From: Bacteriovoracia bacterium
GTDB lineage: Bacteria > Bdellovibrionota > UBA1018 > JBFWNL01
Direction of reading: 5' to 3'
Length of the DNA: 64,000 bases
Assembly: GCA_050251055.1 (NCBI GenBank)
Contig: JBFWNL010000004.1
Coordinates: 96,001 to 160,000, forward strand
Positions 39,440 through 49,304 of this stretch are shown here, in pieces. A program made the translations under genes and the position numbers. Each line of letters starts with the position of its first letter. Within the stretch, counting starts at the first letter, position 1. The notes under the pieces were generated by a model. The model was not told the DNA's origin. It worked only from the letters and a program-made list of their open reading frames with translations, and searched no databases.

Positions 39440-40725
39440 TACTGGAAACCCAGCTTCTTGAGGGCGTCCGCCGCGTAGATATTGCGCCCGTCGAAAATCA
39501 CCGGCGTCTTCATGCTGGCGTGGATTTTCTTGAAATCAGGATTGCGAAACTCATTCCATTCCGTCACGAGCAGCATGCCGTCCGTGCCCGACACGGTTTC
39601 GTAGATCGATTCGCAGTAGGTGACGCCGGACTCCTTGAAGGTCTTTTGAACGTTGGGCATGGCCACGGGATCGAAGGCTTTCACCTTTGCCCCGGCAGCG
39701 AGCAAGCCCTGCATGATGATCAACGCCGGCGCCTCGCGGATATCGTCGGTATTCGGCTTGAACGCGAGCCCGACCACGCCGAAGGTGCGGCCGGAAATCT
39801 CACCGTTGAAATGCTTCTTCACCAGCTTAACCAGGTGCTCTTTCTGGCGGGCGTTAGCGGCTTCAGCAGCGTCGATAATGCCCATCGGGACCTTTTCCGC
39901 GCGCGCGGTCGCCAAGAGCGCCTGCACGTCTTTCGGGAAACAGGAGCCGCCGTAACCCACCCCGGCGTACAGAAAATGCTTACCGATGCGTACGTCGGTC
40001 GCCATGCCCTTGCGAATCAGTTCAATGTCGGCGCCCACCTGCTCGGATAAAATGGCGAGCTCGTTCATGAAGCTAATGCGCGTGGCGAGGAAGGAGTTAC
40101 AAGCGTACTTCGTGACTTCCGCCGAAACCGGGTCCATCCATAAGATGGGATTTCCCTGCCGCACGAAAGGGGCATAGAGCTCGGCCATCTTTTCGTAAAC
40201 TTCCTTTTTGCGCGTGCCAATCACGACCCGGTCGGGCTTCATGAAGTCCTCGATCGCACTGCCTTCCTTCAAAAACTCGGGGTTGCTCACCACTTCGGCC
40301 GGGAATTTCGAGAACTCGGCGATCCACTCGGAAACCTTCACGTGCGAGCCGATCGGCACCGTGGACTTATTCACGATCACCAAGGGACCCTTCATTGCCT
40401 TACCCACGTCCTGGGCGGCTTTCTTCAGATAACTCAGATCGGCTTCCCCGGTAGGACCCTGCGGGGTGCTCACGGCCATGAATACGATCTCCACGTCGAC
40501 GGGCAGGGCCGCGTCGAAAGAGGTCGTGAAGGTCAGCCGCTCTTCTTCCACGCCCCGCCGGACGATTTCTTCCAGTCCGGGTTCATAAATCGGGATCTCG
40601 CCCTTCTTTAAAGCATCGATTTTCTTCGCGTCATGATCCAGGCAGATCACCGTGTTTCCGGAATCCGCGAAGCAGGCCCCGGCCACCAGTCCTACGTAAC
40701 CCGTTCCAATCACCGCTATCTTCAT
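39418..40725 (-). CDS. ugd: UDP-glucose 6-dehydrogenase
   Basis: IGTGYVGL, NKSTVP, SNPEFLKEG, GYGGSCFPKD, AFKPNTDD.RE; ATG 40725. Confidence 0.95.
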   Translation of the reverse strand: MKIAVIGTGYVGLVAGACFADSGNTVICLDHDAKKIDALKKGEIPIYEPGLEEIVRRGVEEERLTFTTSFDAALPVDVEIVFMAVSTPQGPTGEADLSYLKKAAQDVGKAMKGPLVIVNKSTVPIGSHVKVSEWIAEFSKFPAEVVSNPEFLKEGSAIEDFMKPDRVVIGTRKKEVYEKMAELYAPFVRQGNPILWMDPVSAEVTKYACNSFLATRISFMNELAILSEQVGADIELIRKGMATDVRIGKHFLYAGVGYGGSCFPKDVQALLATARAEKVPMGIIDAAEAANARQKEHLVKLVKKHFNGEISGRTFGVVGLAFKPNTDDIREAPALIIMQGLLAAGAKVKAFDPVAMPNVQKTFKESGVTYCESIYETVSGTDGMLLVTEWNEFRNPDFKKIHASMKTPVIFDGRNIYAADALKKLGFQYYGIGRS

Positions 40726-40778
40726 AGGCCCCCTTCTTCCCAAAAACCGTGCATTTATGCTAGCGTCTTCTCTCAATA

Positions 40779-41570
40779 ATGCGCCACCCCATATCCGTGA
40801 CGATCATCACCTTGAACGAGGAGAAAGACCTCCCGCGCGCGCTGGCGAGCGCCGCCTGGGCCGACGAGATTGTCGTAATCGACAGCGGGAGCACGGATCG
40901 AACGGTGGAACTCGCCAAGGCGGCTGGTGCCCGCGTGATTCACAATCCTTGGCCCGGTTACGGCAAACAGAAGAATTTTGCCCAAGCCCAGGCCAAGCAC
41001 GATTGGGTGCTAAACATCGACGCCGACGAGGAAATCACCCCCGAGCTCAGGCGCGAGATCGAATCCGTTCTGGACGTGGGCAATCGGAACGACGTAGGAA
41101 CCGGGACCAAACCCAGCCCGCACTCCATCAACGGCTATCTCATCCCCCGTAAAACCTTCTATCTAGGCCGCTGGATCCGCCACGGCGGTTGGTATCCCAA
41201 CTACCTCGTCCGTCTCGTGAACCGCACTCAGGCTCAGTGGACGGAACCCGAGGTGCACGAAACCCTGATGGTCTATGGACCCACCGGCACTCTGCGCGAA
41301 CACCTAAATCACTACACTTTTCGGGGTATCGAGGATCAAGTCAGCACGAACGTGCGTTACGCCCGTTACGGGTCGATCGAACTCGCCAAGCGGGGCGTGC
41401 GCGGGGGACTCGCGCGCCTGCTCCTGAAGCCCTGGGGAAAGTTCCTGGAGACCTACCTTTGGAAAAAGGGCTGCCTGGACGGATTCCCCGGCCTGATTAT
41501 TTCCATCAATGCCGCCTATAGCGTCTTCCTAAAATATGCCTTTCTGTGGGAGAAGAGAAGGAACGCATGA
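40779..41570 (+). CDS. Glycosyltransferase family 2 (WaaE/KdtX-like LPS core)
   Basis: IITLNEE, DSGSTDRT, IDADE, GGWYP, LDGFPG. Confidence 0.88.
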   Translation: MRHPISVTIITLNEEKDLPRALASAAWADEIVVIDSGSTDRTVELAKAAGARVIHNPWPGYGKQKNFAQAQAKHDWVLNIDADEEITPELRREIESVLDVGNRNDVGTGTKPSPHSINGYLIPRKTFYLGRWIRHGGWYPNYLVRLVNRTQAQWTEPEVHETLMVYGPTGTLREHLNHYTFRGIEDQVSTNVRYARYGSIELAKRGVRGGLARLLLKPWGKFLETYLWKKGCLDGFPGLIISINAAYSVFLKYAFLWEKRRNA

Positions 41571-42271
41571 AGGTATTGATCATCGACAACAACATCGATC
41601 TCGACTGCTGGGGCGCCCATGATCTTTCCCATTATTCGCGTTTCGCTCCTCACGCCACGTTCTACGTGCGCCGCGGGCCGCACGCCGACCTGCCCACCGA
41701 TCCCACCGAGTTCTCGCGCATTATCGTTTCCGGATCCCGAACCTCCGCATTGAGCCAGGACGCATGGGTCTCGAAATTGGAGGACTTCCTCCGGCGTACG
41801 ATCGATGCCCAAGTACCGGTGCTCGGAGTATGCTACGGCCACCAGCTTTTGGCGCGCGTGTTGGGCGGCGTCACCGCCGTGCGCCGAGCAAGCGTGTCCG
41901 AGTTTGGCTGGATAGAAATCGAAGTCCTCAAAGATTCACCGCTGTTCCGGGGTCTGCCAAAAAAATTCTACACCTTCGCCGCGCACTACGACGAGGTCCC
42001 CCAGCCTCCCGCCGGTTTCCTCCATACGGCGCGGTCGCGGGACTGTGTCGTGCAGGCGTACCACCATCCGGAACGGCCGATTTACGGAATCCAGTTCCAC
42101 CCCGAACGTACGTTGGCCGGCAGCGAGCGGACCATTCGTGAGCAAATCAAAAAAGGTGAAGGCGCCCAGGTGTTCAATCCGAAGCTCGGCGCGAAACTCT
42201 ACGACCCCGAAGTCGGCAACGCCATTTTTCGAAATTTCTTGGGCGATGGCCCCGAAGGGCGCGCGGGTTGA
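41567..42271 (+). CDS. Class I glutamine amidotransferase-like protein
   Basis: LGVCYGHQ nucleophile elbow, GIQFHPE; ATGA-coupled start. Confidence 0.85.
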   Translation: MKVLIIDNNIDLDCWGAHDLSHYSRFAPHATFYVRRGPHADLPTDPTEFSRIIVSGSRTSALSQDAWVSKLEDFLRRTIDAQVPVLGVCYGHQLLARVLGGVTAVRRASVSEFGWIEIEVLKDSPLFRGLPKKFYTFAAHYDEVPQPPAGFLHTARSRDCVVQAYHHPERPIYGIQFHPERTLAGSERTIREQIKKGEGAQVFNPKLGAKLYDPEVGNAIFRNFLGDGPEGRAG

Positions 42272-43269
42272 AAAAGCTAGCACCCTCGTTGAAGCTCGCC
42301 TTTAAGTTCGCCCTCGTCTCGGCGTTGCTTTATTTCCTATCGCAGAAAGGGTTTCTCTCGCTTTCCGCCACGAAACGCGCCTTTTCCCGCTGGGAATACG
42401 TGGGCCCGGGTATGGGTTGCCTGGTCGTCACGGCGATCCTGGCCATCTACCGCTGGTACGTGCTGCTTTCCGCCCAAGGCATCCGTCTGGGCATCAGCCG
42501 GATCCTTCAGCTGACTTTCGTGGGAAGCTTTTTCAATATCGCCCTACCGGGCGCCGTAAGTGGCGACGTAATCAAGGCGATCTATGTGGCGAAGGAAATC
42601 CAGGGCCGTCGCGCGCATTCGCTCAGCTCGATCTTATTTGACCGCGTAGCCGGCGTATCGGCGCTAATTCTGGTCTCCGGCGTTGCCTTGCTGATGAGCT
42701 TGGCTTCCCCGGCGGGGGAACGCCTACTGCAAACCGTCGGGTTTTTCGTATTGGCCGCCACCGCCTTCGTCGTCGTGTTTTTCGGCTATCTTTTCATCGT
42801 GAAGGAAGATCGCGATCCGGTGCTGGCCTTGTGCCGGCGCTTGGAGCAACGAATACCCCGAGTCGGCTCCATCACGCGAATTTACGAGGGCATCCGCACT
42901 TACCACCACGAACGCGGCGCGATTGTGGTTTCGTTGGCGGTATCCGTCATTATCCATCTCTTGGTCATCGTTTCGTTCGTGTTTTTCTCCCTCGCGTTGG
43001 GGGAGGATCATTTGCAGCCTTTGTCGTTGTGCGTGATCGTCCCGTTGGGTTTGCTGGTCACGGCCATCCCCGTAATGCCCGCCGGCGTCGGAACCGGACA
43101 CGTCGCCTTCAGTTGGCTTTTCATGCAGATTGGATCCGAACGCGGAGCCGATACTTTCAGCTTGTTCGTGCTCTTTCAGCTGCTCCAGGGAATTTTCGGG
43201 GGATTGATTTACCTCCGCTTCAAGAGCCAGGCCACCGCGCTGGGCATCGATCTTGCTGCCAAGCGCTGA
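42268..43269 (+). CDS. Lysylphosphatidylglycerol-synthase TM / YbhN-like flippase
   Basis: RW..LL, FFNIALPGAVSGD, DRVAG, IP..PAGVG multi-TM motifs. Confidence 0.82.
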   Translation: MKKLAPSLKLAFKFALVSALLYFLSQKGFLSLSATKRAFSRWEYVGPGMGCLVVTAILAIYRWYVLLSAQGIRLGISRILQLTFVGSFFNIALPGAVSGDVIKAIYVAKEIQGRRAHSLSSILFDRVAGVSALILVSGVALLMSLASPAGERLLQTVGFFVLAATAFVVVFFGYLFIVKEDRDPVLALCRRLEQRIPRVGSITRIYEGIRTYHHERGAIVVSLAVSVIIHLLVIVSFVFFSLALGEDHLQPLSLCVIVPLGLLVTAIPVMPAGVGTGHVAFSWLFMQIGSERGADTFSLFVLFQLLQGIFGGLIYLRFKSQATALGIDLAAKR

Positions 43270-44370
43270 GTGCGCGAAGCCTTTCGTCTTCATCCTTTTC
43301 AAACGGAAACTCTCGCGGCTTTGCAGGCCCCGGGACACGTCATCTGCGTAGCCCCAACGGGCTCCGGAAAGAGTTTAATCTACGAGCGTTTCTCCCAAAT
43401 GCGCCCGGCCAGGACTTTACTGATCTCGCCGCTCGTGGCGCTTGGTCGTCAGCAGCAAGCACGGCTAGAAGCACGGGGATTTCAGGTTTGGCTCGGGATG
43501 GGACCGGAAGGCCGCACGAACTCCAGCCGAAAGCAGTCCGAGTATTGGATCGTCAGCCCGGAGAAGTTGGAAGAATCACCGAGCACCGTTCATGCTTTGA
43601 AGGACTGGCGCCCCGACTGGATGGTGGTCGACGAATGCCACTGCCTTTGGGAATGGGGGCGCGAGTTCCGGCCGGCTTATCGAAAAGTTCCCGCGCTCAT
43701 CGCGCAGCTTGGCCTACGTCGTTCGCTTTGGCTCACGGCCACGCTCCCTTACGTCGCCCGTCGCGAGCTTCGCGCCGAGATCCCGACGCCGTTACGGGAA
43801 ATCGGCGAATTTGCTTTTCCGGAAAGCCTCATCATTCACGCCTGGCGGGTAAATCATGTGGACCGCGCGCAAGCGCTGCTGGACACGGTGGCGGCCCGCC
43901 CCGGACGCGGCATCGTATTCGTGCAAACACGAGAGGACACCCACCGACTAGCGCGGCTCTTAGGCTCCTTTCGCCCTCTGCCCTACCACGCCGGTCTGGG
44001 GTCGGAGGAAAAACGCGCGATTGAGCTTCGACTGAACCAAGGTGAATGCCGCGTACTCATCGCCACTTCCGCATTCGGACTAGGCATGGATATCCGGGAG
44101 CTGGACTGGGTCGTACTGTGGGAACCGCCCCGCAGCCTCTTGGCGCTGGCGCAAGCCCTGGGCCGAGTGGGACGAGCCGGCCGGCCCGGAGAAGCTTTCG
44201 TCTTTTGGGAACCCGCCGATGCCGCGCGGGGCGGACCCTCGGTCATGAATTGGCTACACGATCTTCGTTGCCGACGCGTCAGCATCGCGCCGTACTTCGC
44301 GGGTCCAGACGCTTCCCCCGCCGTTACGGCTTGCGGACGCTGCGATCGATGTCGATCGGCTCGATACTGA
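43270..44370 (+). CDS. Minimal RecQ-family DEAH helicase
   Basis: PTGSGKSL, VVDECHC..EWG..FRP.Y, YHAG, ATSAFGLGMD, Q..GRVGR, Zn motif CRR..CGRCDRC. Confidence 0.85.
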   Translation: MREAFRLHPFQTETLAALQAPGHVICVAPTGSGKSLIYERFSQMRPARTLLISPLVALGRQQQARLEARGFQVWLGMGPEGRTNSSRKQSEYWIVSPEKLEESPSTVHALKDWRPDWMVVDECHCLWEWGREFRPAYRKVPALIAQLGLRRSLWLTATLPYVARRELRAEIPTPLREIGEFAFPESLIIHAWRVNHVDRAQALLDTVAARPGRGIVFVQTREDTHRLARLLGSFRPLPYHAGLGSEEKRAIELRLNQGECRVLIATSAFGLGMDIRELDWVVLWEPPRSLLALAQALGRVGRAGRPGEAFVFWEPADAARGGPSVMNWLHDLRCRRVSIAPYFAGPDASPAVTACGRCDRCRSARY

Positions 44371-46576
44371 CCAGATCTGGCTTGGCATCATTAGATCCGA
44401 AGTATGCGGTGATTGCGAAGATGTCCTTGCGCGTGGCCGCGAGCTTCCAGCGACCCCGGTCTCCTTTCCAGGAAAGGAAGTGGATGATGCCCCCTAGGTC
44501 TTTGCTTGGCGCCTTGCCGTAGCGGACCATGTAGGTGAAGACCGATTCGATCATGGCGTCGTCGTCGGGCTTGAGCTCCCCAAGCTGGGCGATCGTCGCC
44601 TTGAAAACGGGATAAGCCCGCATCACTTCCTTCGTGTCGAGGATCCCGTTTTGATCGGCGTCGAAGCGCAAAAAGAGCAGCTCCACGTAATGAGTCACGC
44701 CCGAGAGCCCCTTCACGTCATAGTCGCCGATGTCGTACTGAGAATACCCGTAACGGCGCCCACCCTTCTCCATGGCGATGAGGATGTTCTTACGGTCGGC
44801 ATCGGAGGAGGCTTTGTAAAAATCCGCCAAGTACGGGAAATGCGTCCAAGTATCGCCCAGGATCGCGCCATTTTCCTTGCGGAAGCAATCGACGTTCATC
44901 CAGTTGCCTTCCACGCTGCGGCCGACGCCAGCCACGCTGCAGATCGGCTCCACCTTCTCCTCGACCTGCTTGCCGAGCAGGCTGATCGACGTCAACACCG
45001 CCGCCAGATGGGTGGCCTCGGAAACCTGGATCAACCCATCGCCGTTCGCGGTGTGGGTAAACAGATCCGCCTCGCGATAACGTTTCTCGAACGTATTCGG
45101 CACGTCCTTATCGATGACCTTCAGGTCAATGCCGATCGGCGTGAAATCATCGTAAAACTGGCGGAAATTTGCCTTGGTGCCGCTCGTACCATCCTTCCGA
45201 TCCGAATAGACCCGGATGAGGTGGCTCGCCAGCATCTCATACCAATGGAACTGGCGAAGGTTTAGCAGCGTATGCGGCAGATTGAAGCGCATCTCCATCT
45301 GGTACTCTTCCGTGCCGACGGCATAGATCGGGACATACTCCTTCGCGATCCGGACTAGGCGGTCGACTTCAGCGCGCCGGTTTTCCTTCACTCCTTGCGC
45401 GTAGTCCTTAGCTGCCTTCTCGAACTCTTCGAGCGTAAAATCATCCCGATTTAAGCCGTACTTTTCGAATATCGTCTCGAGATGGGTGAGGCCGCGATTC
45501 CAGAACGAAACCAGCTCGACGAGATTATCCAGCGCCTTGTGATTTAGCTCGTCCGGCTTGGGGCTTTGCATGATCCGCTGTAGGAGCGGTTTCAGCGTAT
45601 ATTTCAGAGTCATCTTATGGATGGTCATCCACTCGTCCGGGAATGACTCGATGAGCTTAGAAAGATCGGCGATCGTCAGCGCTCCGCCGTGGTAACCCAG
45701 CGATTCATCAAGCGAGGCCTGGATCTTTTTCACCACGTCGATGAGAAACTCGCCGTATTCATTCGGTCCCGTGGCTAGCTTCTTATCGACGTTCAGGAGC
45801 GCCACCACCGGCCCGCCCAAGTCGGCGGCCTTGCGGATGAAGCGCGGCCACATGATCCCTTCGATCCCGCTGTCCTTGCCGCCAATCAGGGTGGTCTTGA
45901 TCGCGAGCACCGGCTTCATCAGCTCGTAAGTCAGTTTCCACTTGAAAACTTTTCCGAGCTCGTCGAGGAAAACGCCGAGCGCCCAATTCGGGAATATCGG
46001 ATTGTCGTTTGTCTTGATCGCGTTGGCGAGATTGATCCCCATCGACTGGATGCCCGTCGAGAGGGCGAGCATTGCCTGCGGAGTCGCGCCGGACTTGAGC
46101 TGGACCAGCGCGGGCAAGAGCTTCATGGTTTCGACCTTAGCGACTCGCAGGAATCCGACGAACACCCGCAGCTCGTCTTTTTTCAGAACCTCGTCGCTGC
46201 CGCCCAACAAGGAGGCTTTTAGCTTAAACGTAGCCGCCACGAGCTCGTTCGAGACCGGCACGTTGGTCACCAACACCTTGCGCACAAATGAAAGAATATC
46301 GCCCTGGGTATAGCCCTGCGCCGAGCCTTCGGAAACGAACTTGATGAACAGCTCGAGGGAGTCGATCGTGCAATCCCAGGTCTCGTCCCACTCTTCGCGG
46401 CTCACGTCGCCGCGCATGTAGCGCTCGAAGCGCGGGCCGAGCTCGTTGAGGCAGCCGGTTTTTTTGGCGCCGTAGGTGAGCACTTCATTGAGCGGATCTT
46501 TTTCGCCTAGGATCCCGCAGCCGGCGGCCACGGACAGAAAAACCAAGACGCCAGCTAAAGTCGGTTTAAAAGACAT
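44324..46576 (-). CDS. Large lipoprotein with EF-hand-like loops
   Basis: Lipobox AAGC; DADQNGILDTKEV and TANGDGLIQVSE loops; 750 aa, mostly helical-looking. Confidence 0.7.
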   Translation of the reverse strand: MSFKPTLAGVLVFLSVAAGCGILGEKDPLNEVLTYGAKKTGCLNELGPRFERYMRGDVSREEWDETWDCTIDSLELFIKFVSEGSAQGYTQGDILSFVRKVLVTNVPVSNELVAATFKLKASLLGGSDEVLKKDELRVFVGFLRVAKVETMKLLPALVQLKSGATPQAMLALSTGIQSMGINLANAIKTNDNPIFPNWALGVFLDELGKVFKWKLTYELMKPVLAIKTTLIGGKDSGIEGIMWPRFIRKAADLGGPVVALLNVDKKLATGPNEYGEFLIDVVKKIQASLDESLGYHGGALTIADLSKLIESFPDEWMTIHKMTLKYTLKPLLQRIMQSPKPDELNHKALDNLVELVSFWNRGLTHLETIFEKYGLNRDDFTLEEFEKAAKDYAQGVKENRRAEVDRLVRIAKEYVPIYAVGTEEYQMEMRFNLPHTLLNLRQFHWYEMLASHLIRVYSDRKDGTSGTKANFRQFYDDFTPIGIDLKVIDKDVPNTFEKRYREADLFTHTANGDGLIQVSEATHLAAVLTSISLLGKQVEEKVEPICSVAGVGRSVEGNWMNVDCFRKENGAILGDTWTHFPYLADFYKASSDADRKNILIAMEKGGRRYGYSQYDIGDYDVKGLSGVTHYVELLFLRFDADQNGILDTKEVMRAYPVFKATIAQLGELKPDDDAMIESVFTYMVRYGKAPSKDLGGIIHFLSWKGDRGRWKLAATRKDIFAITAYFGSNDAKPDLVSIEPIDIDRSVRKP

Positions 46577-47909
46577 AAGCTACCCCCAGCCGCAAGCGGT
46601 CGTTTCCCGAATACTGGCCAATAATACCCTGACCAGTCGTAGAAACGAAGAAATCTAAACCTATGCTAGCGCGCCAGGAGTTCTTTGCGTACTGCGCATC
46701 CAAGGAAAAAATATGACTACGGTTCTCGATGTCGTACGTGAAGTCAGAAGAGTAGCTGAAAGGGGAGTCGGTAGTGAGTTTAGCCCCCAGCATCAAAGCG
46801 TTTGTATAGGTGAACCGCGTCGGGATATCCAAATCGACGATTTCCTCGTCCGCCGCGGGCTTGACCTCGTTCACGTACATAAAAGCCGCCTGTAACGAGA
46901 AGTTGCGATCAAGCTTGCCGTCGACGCCGGTCGAGTAAATGATGGCCGGGCCCATCGGCTCGTTAATGAAGTTGGGGTTTCGATTGAGATCCACGGGGGC
47001 CTCTCCCGACAACGATCCCCACGCCGACCAATTAGCCGCTCGGTATCCCACCTCGCCGGTGAGGATGTGATGATGATAAACGCGTGGATGCAGGGTCGAG
47101 TTGAGGATCAAGGAATCCGTCTGGAGCTGGGCCTCCACGGAGATATCCGGCTGATTGCTGGGCAGGAATCCGTACGAAGTTTTGGCCCAAATGCCCTCTT
47201 TTTCCCCATAATCGAGCGAAATCGCGCCGCCGGGATTGAAGATCAGCTGGCCGAGCGGAGGCATCGCGATCGCGTACTTGATATCCGCCTGCTGGGTGAG
47301 CACGACGGCGCGTTTAGGCAGCGGGTACAGAAACGGACTCGGGGTATCCAGCCTTCCTTCGCCATCCTTGATCGGAAAACCTCGCTCCGGCACGTTTAGG
47401 GGAGACGCGAAAACGCGCACGCCCCAATTCGAAGCCCGATAGGTATAGAAAACGCCCGTCAATCCCACCGGCTGCGGGTGGGTTGGATCCCAAAGGAAGC
47501 GCGGCGCCCACAAACCCTGCTTCCAGACGTCGTCCGAAGATCCCCAAGACATGAACTTGCGACCCAAGGTGACCTGGTGACCGTGGTTCGGGTGGGTTTG
47601 CACATAAAAGTCGCGGGACTCGGCGGTAAAAAAACTCGGATCGGACAGGAAAGTGTAGCCGGTGACGTTGAGTTTCACCTCGAGCAGCTTGCCCGAGGTT
47701 TCGTAATCGATTCCCGCGTAAACGGTGGAATTCTCATTCGATCGATCTTTGGAGGAACGCAGGAAGTTGGAAGACTCCAGCCCGACGATGCCGATGGCGT
47801 GGGACTCGGAGGAAAAGCTTCCCCCTAACGCCACCAGCACGGTGGCGAGTCGGAGCGACCACGTCCCCTCCTTGGGATTCTTTTTTGGTACTGACGAAAT
47901 CACGGCCAT
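46566..47909 (-). CDS. Putative outer-membrane beta-barrel protein
   Basis: Signal peptide, amphipathic strands, C-terminal beta-signal RLGVAYVF; overlaps the downstream lipoprotein start. Confidence 0.7.
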   Translation of the reverse strand: MAVISSVPKKNPKEGTWSLRLATVLVALGGSFSSESHAIGIVGLESSNFLRSSKDRSNENSTVYAGIDYETSGKLLEVKLNVTGYTFLSDPSFFTAESRDFYVQTHPNHGHQVTLGRKFMSWGSSDDVWKQGLWAPRFLWDPTHPQPVGLTGVFYTYRASNWGVRVFASPLNVPERGFPIKDGEGRLDTPSPFLYPLPKRAVVLTQQADIKYAIAMPPLGQLIFNPGGAISLDYGEKEGIWAKTSYGFLPSNQPDISVEAQLQTDSLILNSTLHPRVYHHHILTGEVGYRAANWSAWGSLSGEAPVDLNRNPNFINEPMGPAIIYSTGVDGKLDRNFSLQAAFMYVNEVKPAADEEIVDLDIPTRFTYTNALMLGAKLTTDSPFSYSSDFTYDIENRSHIFSLDAQYAKNSWRASIGLDFFVSTTGQGIIGQYSGNDRLRLGVAYVF

Positions 47910-48079
47910 CCTTAGCCTTCTCTCCCTTCCAGGATACCGGGTTTGTCTTGAACTTCCAAGTCGGGTAAGGATTTCCGGGCGAGTTTAAGTCGGTCACGTC
48001 AAGAATCCACCGAATCGCCAATGAATTGGCGCTCACAATCGGGTTTAAAAACCATGCGACTTCGGGGACACTTAAATCC

Positions 48080-49279
48080 ATGAAAAAACCCCTACCTTCG
48101 GTGGCGCTCTGGGCGTGGTCAATTTATTTTGCTCTCCCTTTGTCGGCTTCCGCGCTGGATCTGGGATTCCGTTACCAAAACGGCAAGTGCGTCAACGGCG
48201 AAGGGAAGATCGGCCTAAATCCGTTTTACTTTGGGCCGTGCTCGGACATGCGTGATCTGACCTTAAACCGCTTCGAAATGGCGGGAATCGACTTTAGCGG
48301 CTCTAAGTTTACAAATGCCGATCTTCAGCTGACGAACTTCCGAACCAGTCGCTTTGTCGACGTCGACTTCACGGGCGCCAAACTAATGGGCGCGAACTTC
48401 CTCGATAGCACTTTTGAGAAAGTGAATTTCATGGGTGCGAACCTGCGGCGCGCGAAGTTTAGCGGCGCGACTTTTTTGGAAAGTAGATTTGTGGGCGTCG
48501 ATTTTCGAGGTTTTGACCTTTCCTATTTTCAATGCGTTCAATGTACGTTCGATAAAGCCGATTTTTCCGAAGCGAATCTCACCGAAGCCGTCATCGACCA
48601 AGCTTCATTTTCGGAGGCGATTCTCGCTAACGCCAAGTTGATCGGCGCGATGGTAACCCACTCGACTTTTGCCAACGCCGTCTTGCGGGGTTCTAACTGG
48701 AACCAGGCCGACGTGAGCGGATCCAATTTCGCCAAGGCCAAATACAGCATGCGCACCCAGCTTCCTTTCAATGAGGTGGAAGCCAAAAAGCAAAAAATGA
48801 TACAGGTCAAAGCCACGGATTTCATGGGTGTTGCCACTAATCTTCCATATAAAGATATCGCTGGATGGTCCCCCTGCCACCGCTCATCCTACGATCGGAT
48901 ATCGGATCTAAGCAGCATATTGAAGTCCTGCAAAGCCACTCACGTCATGATGGGTTGTCGAAAAACCGGCGAGCCGGTGTTGGAAGTAGCCGCATTCGGT
49001 GCCTACGATCGGGTTTTTCGCGAAATAGGGCGGGAAGACGGCGGGACCTACGAAAACGGCGTGACTTTTTATTTTGGAAAAAACTCTAGCGTGGGATTTG
49101 CGCGCCCTGGCGTGATTTCACGCAGCGCCAATGGATGCGACGTGGAAAATACTTCATCCGCATATCGGTTTTGTATCCGCTTACAAAGTGACCAAATCGT
49201 CGCTGGGTACCGCTGTGGCGGCGCCGTGGCCCTCAACAACGACAAGTATGAACGCGTTTTTTTTAAAGCTAACTTTTAA
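48080..49279 (+). CDS. Secreted pentapeptide-repeat protein with Cys-rich C-terminal domain, paralog 1
   Basis: Signal peptide, (A/V)(D/N)(F/L)xx repeats, C-terminal CH..C..CR..CD..C..GYRCG..YERVF. Confidence 0.85.
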   Translation: MKKPLPSVALWAWSIYFALPLSASALDLGFRYQNGKCVNGEGKIGLNPFYFGPCSDMRDLTLNRFEMAGIDFSGSKFTNADLQLTNFRTSRFVDVDFTGAKLMGANFLDSTFEKVNFMGANLRRAKFSGATFLESRFVGVDFRGFDLSYFQCVQCTFDKADFSEANLTEAVIDQASFSEAILANAKLIGAMVTHSTFANAVLRGSNWNQADVSGSNFAKAKYSMRTQLPFNEVEAKKQKMIQVKATDFMGVATNLPYKDIAGWSPCHRSSYDRISDLSSILKSCKATHVMMGCRKTGEPVLEVAAFGAYDRVFREIGREDGGTYENGVTFYFGKNSSVGFARPGVISRSANGCDVENTSSAYRFCIRLQSDQIVAGYRCGGAVALNNDKYERVFFKANF

Positions 49280-49304
49280 GGAATACCCATATGAAGGAGA
49301 ACCT

